A DNA stretch of 64,000 nucleotides from Amoebophrya sp. A120 (taxonomy: Eukaryota; Protista; Dinoflagellata), in contig CAJINV010000022.1 of assembly GCA_905178155.1 (NCBI GenBank), positions 703,073 to 767,072 on the forward strand, in the 5' to 3' direction. This document shows positions 45,764 to 57,897 of this stretch, one piece after another. The notes beneath the pieces were generated by a model. The model was not told where the DNA came from. It saw only the letters and a list, made by a program, of their open reading frames with translations, and did not search any database. Position 1 is the stretch's first letter. Every line of letters begins with the position of its first letter. The translations under genes were made by a program, and so were the position numbers.

Positions 45764-48330
45764 GTGATCTTTGCAGAAGCAGAAACACCAGTGTTTCAAC
45801 AGGCGTACTCGGTGCTACAAGTTGGATTTCTCTGCTTGTCATGCATAAGGAAGGAACACGACAGGGAAGTGCAGGTGCGCGAAGCAAAACGTGATAAAAT
45901 TCTGCAGGACAAGGAGAAGGAAATCAACATGATGATACACGACCTGCAACTATCCATTGCAAATGCGTCTGGGTCTGGTACGTGCAAACTTGTCCTGCTG
46001 AGTCCGACTTTGCATAAATAGCAAATGTATACCCGGTTACTGCGACGCAAAGAGCGAAGTTCCCATCGGGAGTAGGCATTAAGAAGATCTTGCCGCGCAA
46101 TCTGTAATGCTTCTGGGTGCATTCCAGACGATTGTTCGTTTTTGTGCTCCGCGACGGGATGCATGACAAACCTGGCATCCTTTCAAGCCCAGATCGATAC
46201 TTGCAATGCATAAAAACAACAGCGCGACACGTTAATGTACGACTCGTCCATCGCACCGACTATGGCGACGCAAACTATTTCAGCTCAAATCTAATATTTC
46301 AAATTTCGTTTCACAAACTCAAGTAGGTATTTCCAAACAATTGCTATTTCAGGCAGTTTCCAAACAATAGCTTATTTCATATAGACGTAGTTAACACTGG
46401 GGTAGCGAACTTTGGAACAGTTTTGAATTGAAATAGTTTGCGTCGCCATACTATCAAATGTAAAAGTGTCTGGGTCTGGAAGATTAAAAACTTGTCATGC
46501 TAAATCTGAATGATGCAAAAATCTGTGTTGCGTGAGTGCCCAAAGCTGTCCGCCTTTGACCAAGTTGAGAGGGAGTTTCTCATGCAGGAAAGGCATGATA
46601 GAGACCTCAAAGAATCTGTCATGCTGGGTCTCGCATTCCACACCTCATGCGTCATGGAAAACCTGCATCACAAATCTTGCATTCTTCCAGACAAAGACAT
46701 TTTTACAGTTGATACCTACCGACAGCCAGAGGCGTACTCGGCTACGTGTACATATCGCGAGGAAAAAAACCCCCTCCCCACATGAAAGGGAGGCTTCTGA
46801 TGCTGGATTTGCGTACACAAATCAGACTTGTCGTGCAGAAGGTGCTGGGCGGCAGAAGTCAGATCGTGTCGAAAGCGCATGACAGACTCACTGTGGCATG
46901 CGCCACATGGATCCCAGTAACCTATACGCAAGACAAACGAGATTTTGGACCACAAATCAGCATCACAAATTTCCACTTTGACATTGGGAGGGGGGATTTA
47001 TTTTCTTCTCGATATTACAACGAGGAAGTTTTCATGCCGGAATCCTCGCCATGGACGCCACATCTCCTTCAGTTTTTCGCACCCTGTTGAAGAACGTGCC
47101 CATCCCTAGACTGTCATGCGGGTTTGCAAAAATGACAGGAACATTTGTGATGCGCATTCCAATGACAGACATGATTTTTCGTCGAGTTTTGGAATTTGTA
47201 ATGCTGTAGACAGGTACTAAAAAGCTGAAGGATTCGGATATGCGGTTGTCCTTCTTCTCGCTAGCAGCACGCAGCATCTTCACAATGCAGAGAAACACTT
47301 GCTAGGCGTGACTCCCAAAAGTTCTTGGTTTGTTCTTGCAACATCTTCGTCCTAAATCTGGGCAGGTGGGGACGTTTTTACATAGGATATTTCGGTTCAC
47401 AACAAAAGGTCGTGCGTCCTGCGTTTCAAAACCTGGACATATCCAAGAAAAAAACTGTGTTAGTGGAGGTGTCTTCGGGTGACAGCATGAGAAATTTATT
47501 GTTCTGCATGACAGAAAAATCTGTCACGCACAGCTAGGAAGTGAAAACACGTATGAAAAGAGGGCATTGTGGATGGCCAGCATGACAAGCGTAACTGTAG
47601 TATGGTGTGCTTTGCATTACAGACTTCAGCTTACACATCTTTTTTCTCGCATAGGACACACAAACGATCCACTATTACGAAGACGAACCGGTAATCGTGA
47701 AGGCGCCTACCTCGTATCCTGAATAAAAACGTCTCTGCCCCATATTCAAGTCGGAAAACCAGCTAGACAAGTCAAGCAGCTTTGGTTGTTTCGCATGACA
47801 AGTTTGTTCGCGTAGTGTACTCCTGTTTAGCTTGCTCAGCAGCAATTTCACAGACCTAGCATGTCATGCTGATTGAAGTATCACAAACTCCAAAACACGA
47901 CAAAAAATGCTTCGCATGGGGCTCCGCATGAGGAACTTTTCTGGCATGCGGATTTGCATGACAACTCTGGGGTGGGGACGTTTTTACTCAGAATAGCGAA
48001 CTGACGGAGCGTATCAGAGAGGAAAAGAAAGAACGAGGATACTTTGTCACCCCTGCTGTGTTATCAAATGCAAAAATGTCTGGGTCTGGAAGATTCCGAG
48101 ACGTGTCATGCAGATTTTCCATGATCCATGTTGTCTGGAATGCAGGGCCTAGCATGACAGATTCTGTGAGATCCCTATCATGCCTATCCTGCATGAGAAA
48201 CTTCCTCTCGACTAGTTCAAAAGTGCGCAACTTTTGGCAATCATGCAACACAGTTTTTTGCTTGATTCAGATTTAGCATGACAAGTAGCATTCTTCCAGA
48301 CCCAGACATTTTTGCATTTGATATGTGTAG
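45764..48330 (+). CDS. Hypothetical multi-exon protein; start and 47090-47654 unresolved
   Basis: In-frame joins ...IHDLQ/QQRDTLMYDSSIAP/TARGVLGYVY/NEEVF... and ...VIVKAPT/LTERIREEKKERGYFVTPAV*. Confidence 0.5.
45951..46212. mobile_element. Introner family A
   Basis: TSD GCAAC/AAAAC; frame restored. Confidence 0.82.
46261..46450. mobile_element. Introner family H
   Basis: Perfect 22-bp TIR tatggcgacgcaaactatttca; TSD CCGAC whose right copy is split by the next element. Confidence 0.9.
46452..46714. mobile_element. Introner family A inserted in the TSD of H
   Basis: TSD CATAC/CCTAC; near reverse complement of the 4646 copy. Confidence 0.93.
46753..47014. mobile_element. Introner family E
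   Basis: TSD GTACA/TTACA; frame restored. Confidence 0.88.
47715..47995. mobile_element. Introner family D
   Basis: Similar throughout to 6282-6559; TSD unrecognisable (CCTCG/GCGAA); frame restored. Confidence 0.85.
48062..48323. mobile_element. Introner family A
   Basis: TSD TGTGT/TGTGT. Confidence 0.95.
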
Positions 48331-48523
48331 GAAGTTGGCAATTTTTCGTGCATACAACTCGTGTGCACAACGAAAAGGGGGCGCCAGAGTGCGCCATGGG
48401 TTCCAGAGTGCGAACGCTGTTGCCCGCATTTCGTGTCATGCAAAAGTTTCAGGAGTCGCGCATCAGTAGCTGGCACGAAACAAACAATATCATGTAAGTG
48501 GCAAACAAACAATTTAGATTTAG

Positions 48524-51500
48524 ATGCGGTATTTTGAAGATTATCCGGCCTCTCTTTTCCGGATGATAAACGAAAAGGAATACATCCAGAATTCGGGCAT
48601 CAACATCACCAAGGAACTGCTGCATGACGTAAACTATCTACGCATTGTAAATATGTCTGGGCCTGGAAGAGTTGCAATTTGTGATGCAGCAAACTCTGGA
48701 ACCTACAAACATGTGTGTTGCATGAGCAGCAAATAAAGCTGCTTTCATTTCTTGCAACGCATAAAAAAAAAGTAACGAGCTTCTATAGTATGTGGAACAG
48801 GCGTCTAGAGGCGTGCACAAAAAATGTAGGGCTTTTGCGAGCGTTAGGTACCATTGGAGTGCTCCTCCAAAAGAACCGTAGCGAACAACTGCATTCTTCC
48901 AGACCCAGACATGTTTGCAGTGTATAGTATCCTACCCTATGAAAAATTCTACCCACCCCAGAGCTGTGACAGATGATCTTGCCCATGCGCAGAAAAAGTG
49001 TCATGCGGTTCTCCACGGAGGGCACCATTTTGTACTGGTGCTCCACGTCATCACTTTGCCATAGTTTGATCAGAGTAGCGAAACTTTATTTGTCATGCGG
49101 CTGCAAGAAGATTGCAAACTTGTGAAGATACCGAAGTGGGTTAGTTTTTCTGCAGGATACGTTCGATAACAGATAAGGGCGAAATCAGCAGAAGTTCTAC
49201 GACCGTTCCTCCAAGCACCATTCCAATGGACGTCGACGAAATGCCGACGTCGGTGCTCGGCACTCCAACGTACGCGAGCGGGGGTGGCAGTTCTCCTGAC
49301 AACATAGGTACTTCTTCGATTTTGCTGCTTTTCGTGTCGTGGTTTCCGTCTATTTAAAGGTTGTCTTAGTAGAATACCTTCGTGTAAAACAGTGCAATTT
49401 ATGAAAGTGAAAAAAGCACCCTCCCCCTTTCGAAAGAGCATCACGAGGAAATTTGTGTTGCGTATTTGTGTAGGCAAAAGCCTCTGTATTGCATACTTGA
49501 GAAGCAAGCAGAGCGAAACGGCGCACTGAGCAGGCCATCTGTGATGCGTTTTAGTCTACAGCAGCAGCGTGTATCATGCAGAAAACCTACACTTTTAGAG
49601 GCCTAAACAGACGTAATGCGCCTCTGCTTTGTTCTTACGAAAAAAGAGCCGATGTGTGACCACAAATCTGCATCACAGATTTCCGCTTTGATATGGGGAG
49701 GGGGGATTTTTCTCTTTGATACAACTGTCAAAATCAGGTGAAACACGACAGCAAGGCGGGTACGCGTTGGAAATAAGTATGTCTACAGGGTCTGGAAACT
49801 TGTGATGCGAGTTAGTGAATATGAAGCTCTCTGTAATGCACCGCCTAGTACAAAGACAGGCTTTTTCATCGCGCTGTGTATGTGTTGCGTGATCTGCATG
49901 AGAAACTGCGTTTTTGCATGACAGTCAAGAGGAACTTTTTGTAGCCACGTAACACAGAGGCCAGAGTCATGCCAGACATCCATGACAAAGCTAAAGATCT
50001 TCCCGACCCAGACATATTTGCATTTGATAACCCTGGCCACATACCAACCGCGGAGGAATTGAAGATTGTCCGCATGCTATGCCGTGCAAAAGTATCGCAC
50101 TCATGCTTGTCTTCGCTTTGTAGCATGCTGGAAGAAACTTTTTCTATACCGGGATAAGCATTACAGATTTCATTTTTCTTTCTGCAGAAACTCAAAAAAA
50201 AAAAATGTAATGCTTTTATAAGGTAGAGCGTGTCTTGCGCTTTTGCACTGCACATGTGCGCCGTCTGATCGACACTATCACGTGCAACTACCTCTGGTTC
50301 TGGAACAGTACTCGTGTTTGCCATGCCAATTTTTTCCTTTGCCCCACGGATTCTGATTCATTGTCGAATGCATTATGGCCGAGGATTACAAACTTGCAAA
50401 AAACCACGGGCTCCGAATGCCATTGCAAATTTGCGAAAACATAGGCGAAGTGGAACTGTGCGCCAAAAAAATGTGCAGCTGCCTTCAATACACATGAAGA
50501 ATCTTCCACCTACAGGGAGCATCGCAAATGCACTTTTCCAGACCCAGACATATTCCCGATGAATACTTAATAGATTTTGGACTTTCAAGATCAATGGGCT
50601 TGGCAAATCCAAGGGGTTCTTCGTCGTGCTCAAGGGCATCCCGGGGCTACACCGTATCGATTACGAAACCAAGGACCGCGAACGGTTGTCCCTCTACGGG
50701 TGCTATCCACTGCAAATATGTCTGGGTCTGGAAGAATGCAAGGCTGTCATGCTTGTTTTGCCTGAGCTTCTACATCTCCTTAACCCTCTGACGCATAAGG
50801 AGAAAAAGAGCCTTAGCTGTCATGCAAAAACGCAACTTGCAATGCAGAAAACGCAACGCGTAGGAACTCAGGAAGGTGTCATGCTTGGCTCCGTAGTGTA
50901 GCGCGCCTACAACCATTGCCAATTGAGACATGTTTGCGTTGCAGAGATGCACGTTTAGAAAGCAATGGAGCAAACAGTTGCACCAGCAGCGGCAGGAACA
51001 GAGGAAACGGAATGCAAAGATCAACAAGAACAACAGCAGCGGAACAATAACTACAAATAGCCCACCAGCTGACGGGTGGGTAGATGGGTGGGATGAAGGC
51101 CAATCCGTAGGATACTGTATGTACAGCAGGTGCAAGCGAAATAGTCCGGTAAGCGAGATGGAACAGCGGGACTTGACGAACCACATCTGCGACAAGAAGT
51201 GGGTTCCGGTCAAGGATTGCGAGTACGAGTATATGGACTCGCTCTACTTATTACAGTGAAAAATGCCCCCCACCCCCGAAGTTGTAATAATTTGTGATGC
51301 GAAGTTTCCAAATGAACGGCCTTTGTCATGCATGAAAGGAGTGTGATTCTTTGTGATGCAGAGTCTAGGCGTATATAGCATTGATTGCATGACGCTCTTG
51401 CTGGGATCTTTTGCAATACAAATTTTCGCTATTCACGATTGGAATAAATCTGTGATGCTGATAGATGCAAGAGGGGGAGTGTATCACTCTGATAGGTTTG

Positions 51501-53090
51501 CAATACAAATGCCCCCAAGTTCGGGGGTGGGGGCATTTTTCATTGTAGTACCCCTATCTCGTGCAGCAGCCGGACCCGAAGTATGACTTCGTCACTAAGC
51601 GCTGAGAAATCGTACTCCCCCCCCATAGTGTATACAAGCCAAGCATCTCGCAAGGCCACGCATGAGGAATCAATCTAGCTGAAAGTCCCATGGCACCACT
51701 TCGATTTCAGCATTACAAATTTGATAGAGTTTCGACAAGCCATATACAAAATGCGTGTGATGAAAAGCCGACTGAGAAACCTCATGCACATGGCAGATTT
51801 GCATGACAAACCTGGAGTGGGTACGTTTTTACAAATGATAAGCGTATCCGTCAACTGTCCTCTCGAAGAAAATATCAAATGTAAAAATGTCTGGGTCTGG
51901 AAGAATACAAGATTTGCGATGCAGGTTTTCCATGATCCTTGAGGTCTGGAATGCGAAACCCAGCATGACAGATTCATGGAGGTCTCTATCATGCCTTTCC
52001 TGCATGAGAAACTCCCTCTCAACTTGGTCAAAAGCAGACAGCTTTTGGCACCCACGCAACACAGATTTTTGCATCATTCAGACCAGCCATGCCCCGGCTC
52101 ACGCCGGGTGGAGCGGCTGTTGTGGTGGGGCAGGACGATTTGCGGATCGGGCCACAGTGCCAAAGCTTTGCGCCCGGCGTGATAGGTCGAAGGAAGTACT
52201 GGCGCCGGTTTGCGCCATTTCAACCCGCTAGGCCTCCTGCGCGCTTCCCGCGCATTGTTCAGGCGCTATGCGCAGGCAGCAGTTGCAGCGAAGCTTGGGG
52301 GCGAAGCGAAGCCGCCTCGGCGTAGGTGCCTGTCGAGGCAGAACGGGGGCCGCGATGCCCTTTTGTGATCACACGCGAGAGGGTGGCCAGAGAGGGTGGC
52401 GCGACAGGGTGGCGCGAGAGGGTGCGTGAGAGGTTGGCGCGAGAGGGCGCGAGCCTACGTGACGAAAAAGGCCCAAAAAATCGACCCTGTGCCGGGCGGA
52501 TTCGGGTTTTCTTAACCGCCTCGCAGACCCTCTTTTTCACCTCTGCCGAGGGGCGCGCCTAATAGTCCGGCTATACTCGCCGGTAGAGGTCTACAGAGGT
52601 GGCCGAGAGGTGGCCCAGAGGGTGCGCGAGAGGTTCGCCCTTATTCGCGCAACCTCTCGGCACCTCTGTCCCCCTCTCGCTTACCCTCTCCCGACCCTCT
52701 CGGCCACCTCCGTCCCCCTTAGGCGCGGTTGTAGGGCGACCGGTTCGGCTGGCTATACTCGCGCCACCTCTCGGCCACCCTCCCGAATGACCTCCCGCGC
52801 CACCTCTCCACCTCTGCGGACCTCTTTTTGATCTCTTTTCACCTCTTTTTGACCTCTCGGCCACCTCTCTTCTATCCTCTGTAGACCTCTTTTTTCGCAT
52901 GAATATAATAGATAGTATTTTGACATGACAAGTTCTAATCTTCCAGACCCAGACATTTTTACATTCGATAGAAAAACGATACGGACAAATTTCGCGAGCG
53001 GAATACGACGCGGCGAAAAAACACGACGGAAACGGTGCGGCGAGTCTCGACGAGTGGTTCGTGTGCGATCATCTGTGCCCTTTATCGTAG
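48524..53090 (+). CDS. Hypothetical protein with ten introners and one GT-AG intron (49308-49359)
   Basis: Continuous frame from MRYFEDYPAS to ...DEWFVCDHLCPLS* after removing every element plus 5 nt. Confidence 0.7.
48639..48926. mobile_element. Introner family A (TAC start)
   Basis: TSD CTATC/GTATC. Confidence 0.85.
48933..49159. mobile_element. Degenerate introner family D
   Basis: taccctatgaaaaattctacccaccccagag / tttttctgcaggata; frame restored. Confidence 0.65.
49400..49721. mobile_element. Introner family E
   Basis: TSD CAATT/CAACT; frame restored. Confidence 0.9.
49761..50029. mobile_element. Introner family A, decayed left end
   Basis: TSD lost (GCGGG/ACCCT); frame restored. Confidence 0.75.
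50078..50255. mobile_element. Degenerate introner family C
   Basis: TSD CATGC/TGTGC; frame restored. Confidence 0.7.
50276..50565. mobile_element. Degenerate introner family A
   Basis: TSD lost (GACAC/CTTAA); frame restored. Confidence 0.7.
50704..50945. mobile_element. Introner family A, decayed right end
   Basis: TSD GGTGC/GATGC; frame restored. Confidence 0.78.
51249..51550. mobile_element. Introner, E-like variant
   Basis: TIR tattacagtgaaaaatgccccccaccccgaa / ttcgggggtgggggcatttttcattgtagta; TSD CTACT/CCCCT; frame restored. Confidence 0.82.
51596..51840. mobile_element. Degenerate introner family D
   Basis: D-type right end, decayed left end; TSD lost; frame restored. Confidence 0.6.
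51873..52970. mobile_element. Introner family A split by an ~835-bp GC-rich insertion
   Basis: The two halves match the 4646 copy; TSD GAAAA/GAAAA; frame restored. Confidence 0.92.
52083..52917. other. GC-rich, hairpin-rich insertion of unknown type
   Basis: Interrupts a family A copy; internal IR gaggtggccgagagg/cctctcggccacctc; ggctatactcgc twice; no TIR or TSD seen. Confidence 0.7.
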
Positions 53091-53209
53091 AAAAAAGAAC
53101 ACCACTCCAGTACCCAGTGACAGGACCATGATTTGCCATGCTATAGTTAGGGATCACAAGAAAAAAGAGAACATGTCGTCTGCCCAGCAGCAGACATTCT
53201 ACGCTTTCC

Positions 53210-55401
53210 ATGGCAACAAAATGTCTTGGCATTGCCGAGTTTTTTGACGACACACTTGTAGCGAAACGAAAGGCAGTTGCAGGCCTTTTCTTCTGTGATT
53301 GGGTCTACTTTTTTCTGCGATACCGTGGAAGCGACTCGAAGGCGCACGTGTGGCGGAAGTACACCGGCTCGTCTCCACCAGTTGACGGACCTTATCCTGC
53401 TGAAAAGTACAATCACACCCAAAGAAAAAAGTTTCTGTTGCCAGTATTTTCAGTTCGCTCAAAAGCAACGCTGTATTTCGGTTGACAGATACTTAGGAGA
53501 AAACAAACTCCGAAAAAGTTTGTCTTGCACGATATGCAATGCACAGGTTTAGTAGTGGTGAACATAACTGCAACCAAAGCTAATCCTTGTATTTGTGTAT
53601 GAGCGGTGTGCAGCTTTTCGCTGTGATGAACCAGCTTGGCTTTACAACTACATCTGGGACAACGACGGCTACCTTGTCCAGCCACAGAACATGCCTGGAG
53701 CAGCACCGCAGACCCTTATCAGAAGGAAAAATCCCGCCTCCCCATATCGAAAAGAAAATTTGTGATGCTGCTTTGTGACCACGAATCAGCTTTGTCTTGC
53801 GTACAAGGCGATCGGCGGCCATGTGGCGCATTATGCAGCGAGTCTGTCATGCGGTTTCGCCTATGTCAGACTTGTTTCGCATGCTCAGCTGCTAGCCGGA
53901 TGTGTACCCGGGGGGGCTTAGAATATGCTGACAAGCTCTTGCCGCAATACAGAGCTCATTGGTGTACACAAATCCAGCATCAACGCAAATTGTCTTCCAA
54001 ATATGGGGTGGGGGCTTTTTTCACTTGGATAACGCTGCAGCAAATTTTTCGGCATCCGGAAAACCCCGAGACCGAGAGCCTGTTCTTCCTGGGAATAAAT
54101 AACAAGAGGTTCGAGAAAGTTGCCCCAATGTCGACGGAACAGAAATACTATATCGACGCGATGGCGCGGGATTATCCGGCGGCTGATTTCTACTGGATTA
54201 TGCATTGCAATATGTCTGGGTCTGGGAACTTGCAATGCTGGGATGTGAATACGATTGGTGAGCTCTTTGTAATGCACACGCACAGCCAAGTATGACGAGA
54301 AATATAATTGGGCTTTCCGCACGACAAACTGCGTTTTTGCATGACAGGCGCCAGGATCTCTTCTTGGACACGCATCACTAACTCTGCAGTCAGGGCAGAC
54401 AAGCATGACAAACGTTGCCGGTTTCCAGACCCAGACACATGTGCCCTGGATATGTCTGGTAGTGGGTCATGGAGGGTTTGGGGACTCGTTTCTGGTGGCT
54501 TTCGCCCGGAATTATCAAACTGAAAAGTACAGCACCGCCAGTTTTCATCTTTGCCGCAGTTTGTATACACCACTAGAGCAGAAGTCCGCTTCGATGCGGC
54601 ATCCATCGTCACAAATTTTTGCGCCAGTTTTTTTCCCCATCTGCAGTTGCAGAGCTCATTTTGCGTTTCGCGACAGCAAAAACGCATTTTCTGCATGCCC
54701 ACCGCGGAATGCGGCCCAGGTGTTTACTTTTCTGCTTGATATCGATGCGCCGACGACGGAGTGCGCGACCGCGATCGCACCGATAAAAGGCGGGTCTGTT
54801 GAGTATAAGAACTTTGATGTTTTGTTCTTATTCTACCCATGTCAAGCACTGAAAAAGCAAAATTACGTGTTCGCACTTCATTGCAGGTTTTGTTGCCGCG
54901 ATCTATTTTTTTTATTTCTCTGATCATGAATACATCACTACAGGTACCAGCGAGAATTTGAAGACCTGGCCCGCAAAGGATACCGTACGTGCAAAATGTC
55001 TTCGCTTATGCAAGACAAATGTGTCTGGGTCTAGAAGACTGCAACGTGTCATGCTGATGCTATGTTGCATGCACGGCCGCAAGCGCTATTCACTCTCTGC
55101 CGCGCAAAGGGCGAGTTTTTCACGTGGAATAGGTATCAAAGAGCTGTTGCACAAATCGAGAATGTGATGCAGCTTCCGGTTGCATTTCGTCTAGATCATT
55201 TTACATTTGTGTGTTGCACCAGGTGCATGACAAATCTAAGCAACCTCCCAAATCCAGACACATTTGCAGGGCATATCGGAAGATCTGGATATGGTGAAAA
55301 ACCTTATCGATAACAAGGTTTGGTTTCCGATCCCGGACGCCAAGTATCAACGTGGAAGGTTCTCCCAGTCTTACAATTTCGAAGTGCGTGCCTTGCCATG
55401 A
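53210..55401 (+). CDS. Hypothetical protein with five introners and one GT-AG intron (54794-54943)
   Basis: Continuous frame from MATKCLGIAEFF to ...YNFEVRALP*. Confidence 0.68.
53393..53628. mobile_element. Old introner family I
   Basis: tatcctgctgaaaagtaca / gcagcttttcgctgtgatg; TSD GACCT/AACCA; frame restored. Confidence 0.65.
53717..54031. mobile_element. Introner family E
   Basis: TSD ACCCT/ACGCT; frame restored. Confidence 0.9.
54199..54452. mobile_element. Introner family A
   Basis: TSD TGGAT/TGTCT; frame restored. Confidence 0.82.
54513..54741. mobile_element. Old introner family I
   Basis: tatcaaactgaaaagta / tacttttctgcttgata; frame restored. Confidence 0.72.
55007..55275. mobile_element. 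Introner family A
   Basis: TSD TCGCT/TCGGA; frame restored. Confidence 0.8.
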
Positions 55402-56492
55402 ACGAACGCGGCGTGGAATAAAAAAATAAAGTGTTTTCACACGACAACCACAAAAGCTATTTCGAAGTAAGACCCAGGGATACTTTCCACGATGATACAA
55501 AATTGCAAGCCGCTGGGAGAAAGACCCGAAGCGTTTTTTTCACGGTGTCGGGAGGTGATAGCGAAAAATAGTATCATGTGAAAAAAAAGCTGCTTCAACA
55601 TCATGCGCAATCGTAGAATTTTGCACGGCGTTTTGTCCTTAGCGACAAGGACAACCCACAACAGCATCGCTTTGATGCAACAAAGAGCCGGCTTTTTCAT
55701 TAGTGGAAGAAGGATTGAAATTCTACTTTCTTGCAGCCATTCCACGAAACAAACAAGCTCCATGTTTGTTCAAGCATCTGCATTTGAGAAACGGAAAGAC
55801 GTATCTGCCAACGGTAAACCAGTTTGTTGCACCAATGCACCCCGCATTTTCATCGTGAAGCAGATGGTTTTTTTCACTTTGATAAACCCCAAATGATCTT
55901 TCGGATGATTATGGGACTATCCCACAGAAAAGTACACTCAGGCATTATTTGGAAAAATTTGTCGGCAGCCTTTAGCTTGACCTGACAAATCATCCCCTTC
56001 CCATCAAAAAAGAGATGACGTGACGTTTCGATCACCGAAAACAGAGAAAGCGCATGACAAGTTTGTAGATATGCGAATTCGAATATCGAAAGCCTGTACT
56101 TTTCGGTGTGATACGTGTTGCCCACCCCCAACGGCCTCACAGCAACCGTCTGCGAAAAACTTATCAAATAGAAGTGCCCATCTACTTCTGAATACAACAA
56201 GGCATTTTCTGTTTTGTGGCTTTACCATAGTCACAAAACTTCAGCAATTTTGCGTCATGTGAAAGCATACGCTCTTTGTACTGCGGATAAGCACTTACGA
56301 AAGATATCTGACAAATCTGTCGCGCCTTTCGGCCAAAAAGCGCTGCTCCCTTGTGACACTAAGCACAACTTGAACTTCTGCAGCGAGAGATTTTGACCAA
56401 TTGCATGAAATAGATGTGCCTTTCTCTTTGATACTGGAGTTTTTTTGTCCGAGGGGGGGCGACAGGTGGAGGTACGAGAAGGATCTCCAAAC

Positions 56493-56762
56493 TATGCATT
56501 GCAAATATGTCTGGATCTGGAAAGGATGGGATTTGTCATACTAATTTTTTCATGCTAGTACAAGAAATACAAAAGCCTGTATTGCATGAGCATCAAATAG
56601 CGCAAACCCGAAGGGGGTATTTGTCATGCAGGATAGAATGAGCAAGCCTTGGCGAGCGGCGTGAAGACGCTAGAGCACGCATTACGGGCAACGCGGTTCA
56701 TGTACAATTACGCATGACAAACTTCCCCAATATTCCAGATCCAGACCTATTTGCTATGGATA
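56493..56762. mobile_element. Family A element
   Basis: TSD CAAAC/CCAAC. Confidence 0.85.
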
Positions 56763-57026
56763 CCAACTACAGTGAAGCACCCACAGTAGAGGCGGATCGA
56801 TCGTAACCTTCACATCAGTACCAACAGGAAAATAATACACACAGTAATTGTAGCAACAAATCTTCAACATCAACATCTTCCCTTTCAACCATCGAATCTA
56901 CTTCATTTCAAGCGTCTTCTGTGCCAACATGACGAGTTGCGGAATAAGTGAACGAAAAGTAAACTTTGTAATGCCCATCATCATCCGTTCGCGGTTCCGG
57001 GTTCCGGAGAAGCAGTAAGCCGCAAC

Positions 57027-57292
57027 TATCAAATGCAAAAATATCTGGGTCTGGAAGGATGCGAACTTGTGATGCGTGTCGCGGATCAACATACAAAAAT
57101 CTGTGTTGCAGGACTTGCAGAAGGTTCCCATTTCTAGCCATGCCGAGGGGGCATTTCTCATGCAAAATAGGCATCACCAAGGGGCTGCAGAACCTGTGAT
57201 GCTAGGCCCTGCATTCCAGACTTGGCGGAGCTTGGAAAAACTGCATGACAAATCTCAGAATCTTCCAGACCTAGACATTTTTACATTTGATA
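57027..57292. mobile_element. Family A element
   Basis: TSD GCAAC/GCAAC. Confidence 0.94.
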
Positions 57293-57624
57293 GCAACAGC
57301 TCGTGTACAACACGGTCTGAACAAGTTCGTCGGGCACAAGCGTCAAACACAATAGGAGTGCACCGAGCGGCGTGATACCGCTGTCCAAACCAGATGTGGT
57401 GAAGACGTGGTAAGATGATTATATATTCTTTTTTGTTTCAAGCGAAACAGTTCTCATGCACGCAATGGCATGGATACTTTTACTTCACCGAAATCGCATG
57501 GCATGAATAATTTACGAAGGATTTGTTCTAACAGAACGAAAAATAAAAATCATCAGGTTCTTAGGTGGCGCGTCGTCGTCGATTCGTCGCTAGTCATCTG
57601 GAGGTCAAGCAGCTCCGCCGTCCA

Positions 57625-57897
57625 TATGCATTGCAAAAATGTCTGGGCCGGAAAGAGGTCGAGTTTGCCATGCTAAGTCGGAGCGGTGACGCAAATGTGC
57701 AGGACGATGTTATTTCTCATGAAGGAGGATGGCATTTCTCATGCAAGATGGGTGTTACGAAGCCCTCGCAGAAGCTGTGAAATAAACGTTACACCTCCCA
57801 TTCCAGACCTCGTGGGCCAGAGCTGTGCGGAACCTGCATGACAAACATTGCATCCTTACGACTTCAGATGACTGCTCAGACATATCTGCAATGCATA
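57625..57897. mobile_element. Family A element
   Basis: TSD GTCCA/GTCCA. Confidence 0.85.
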
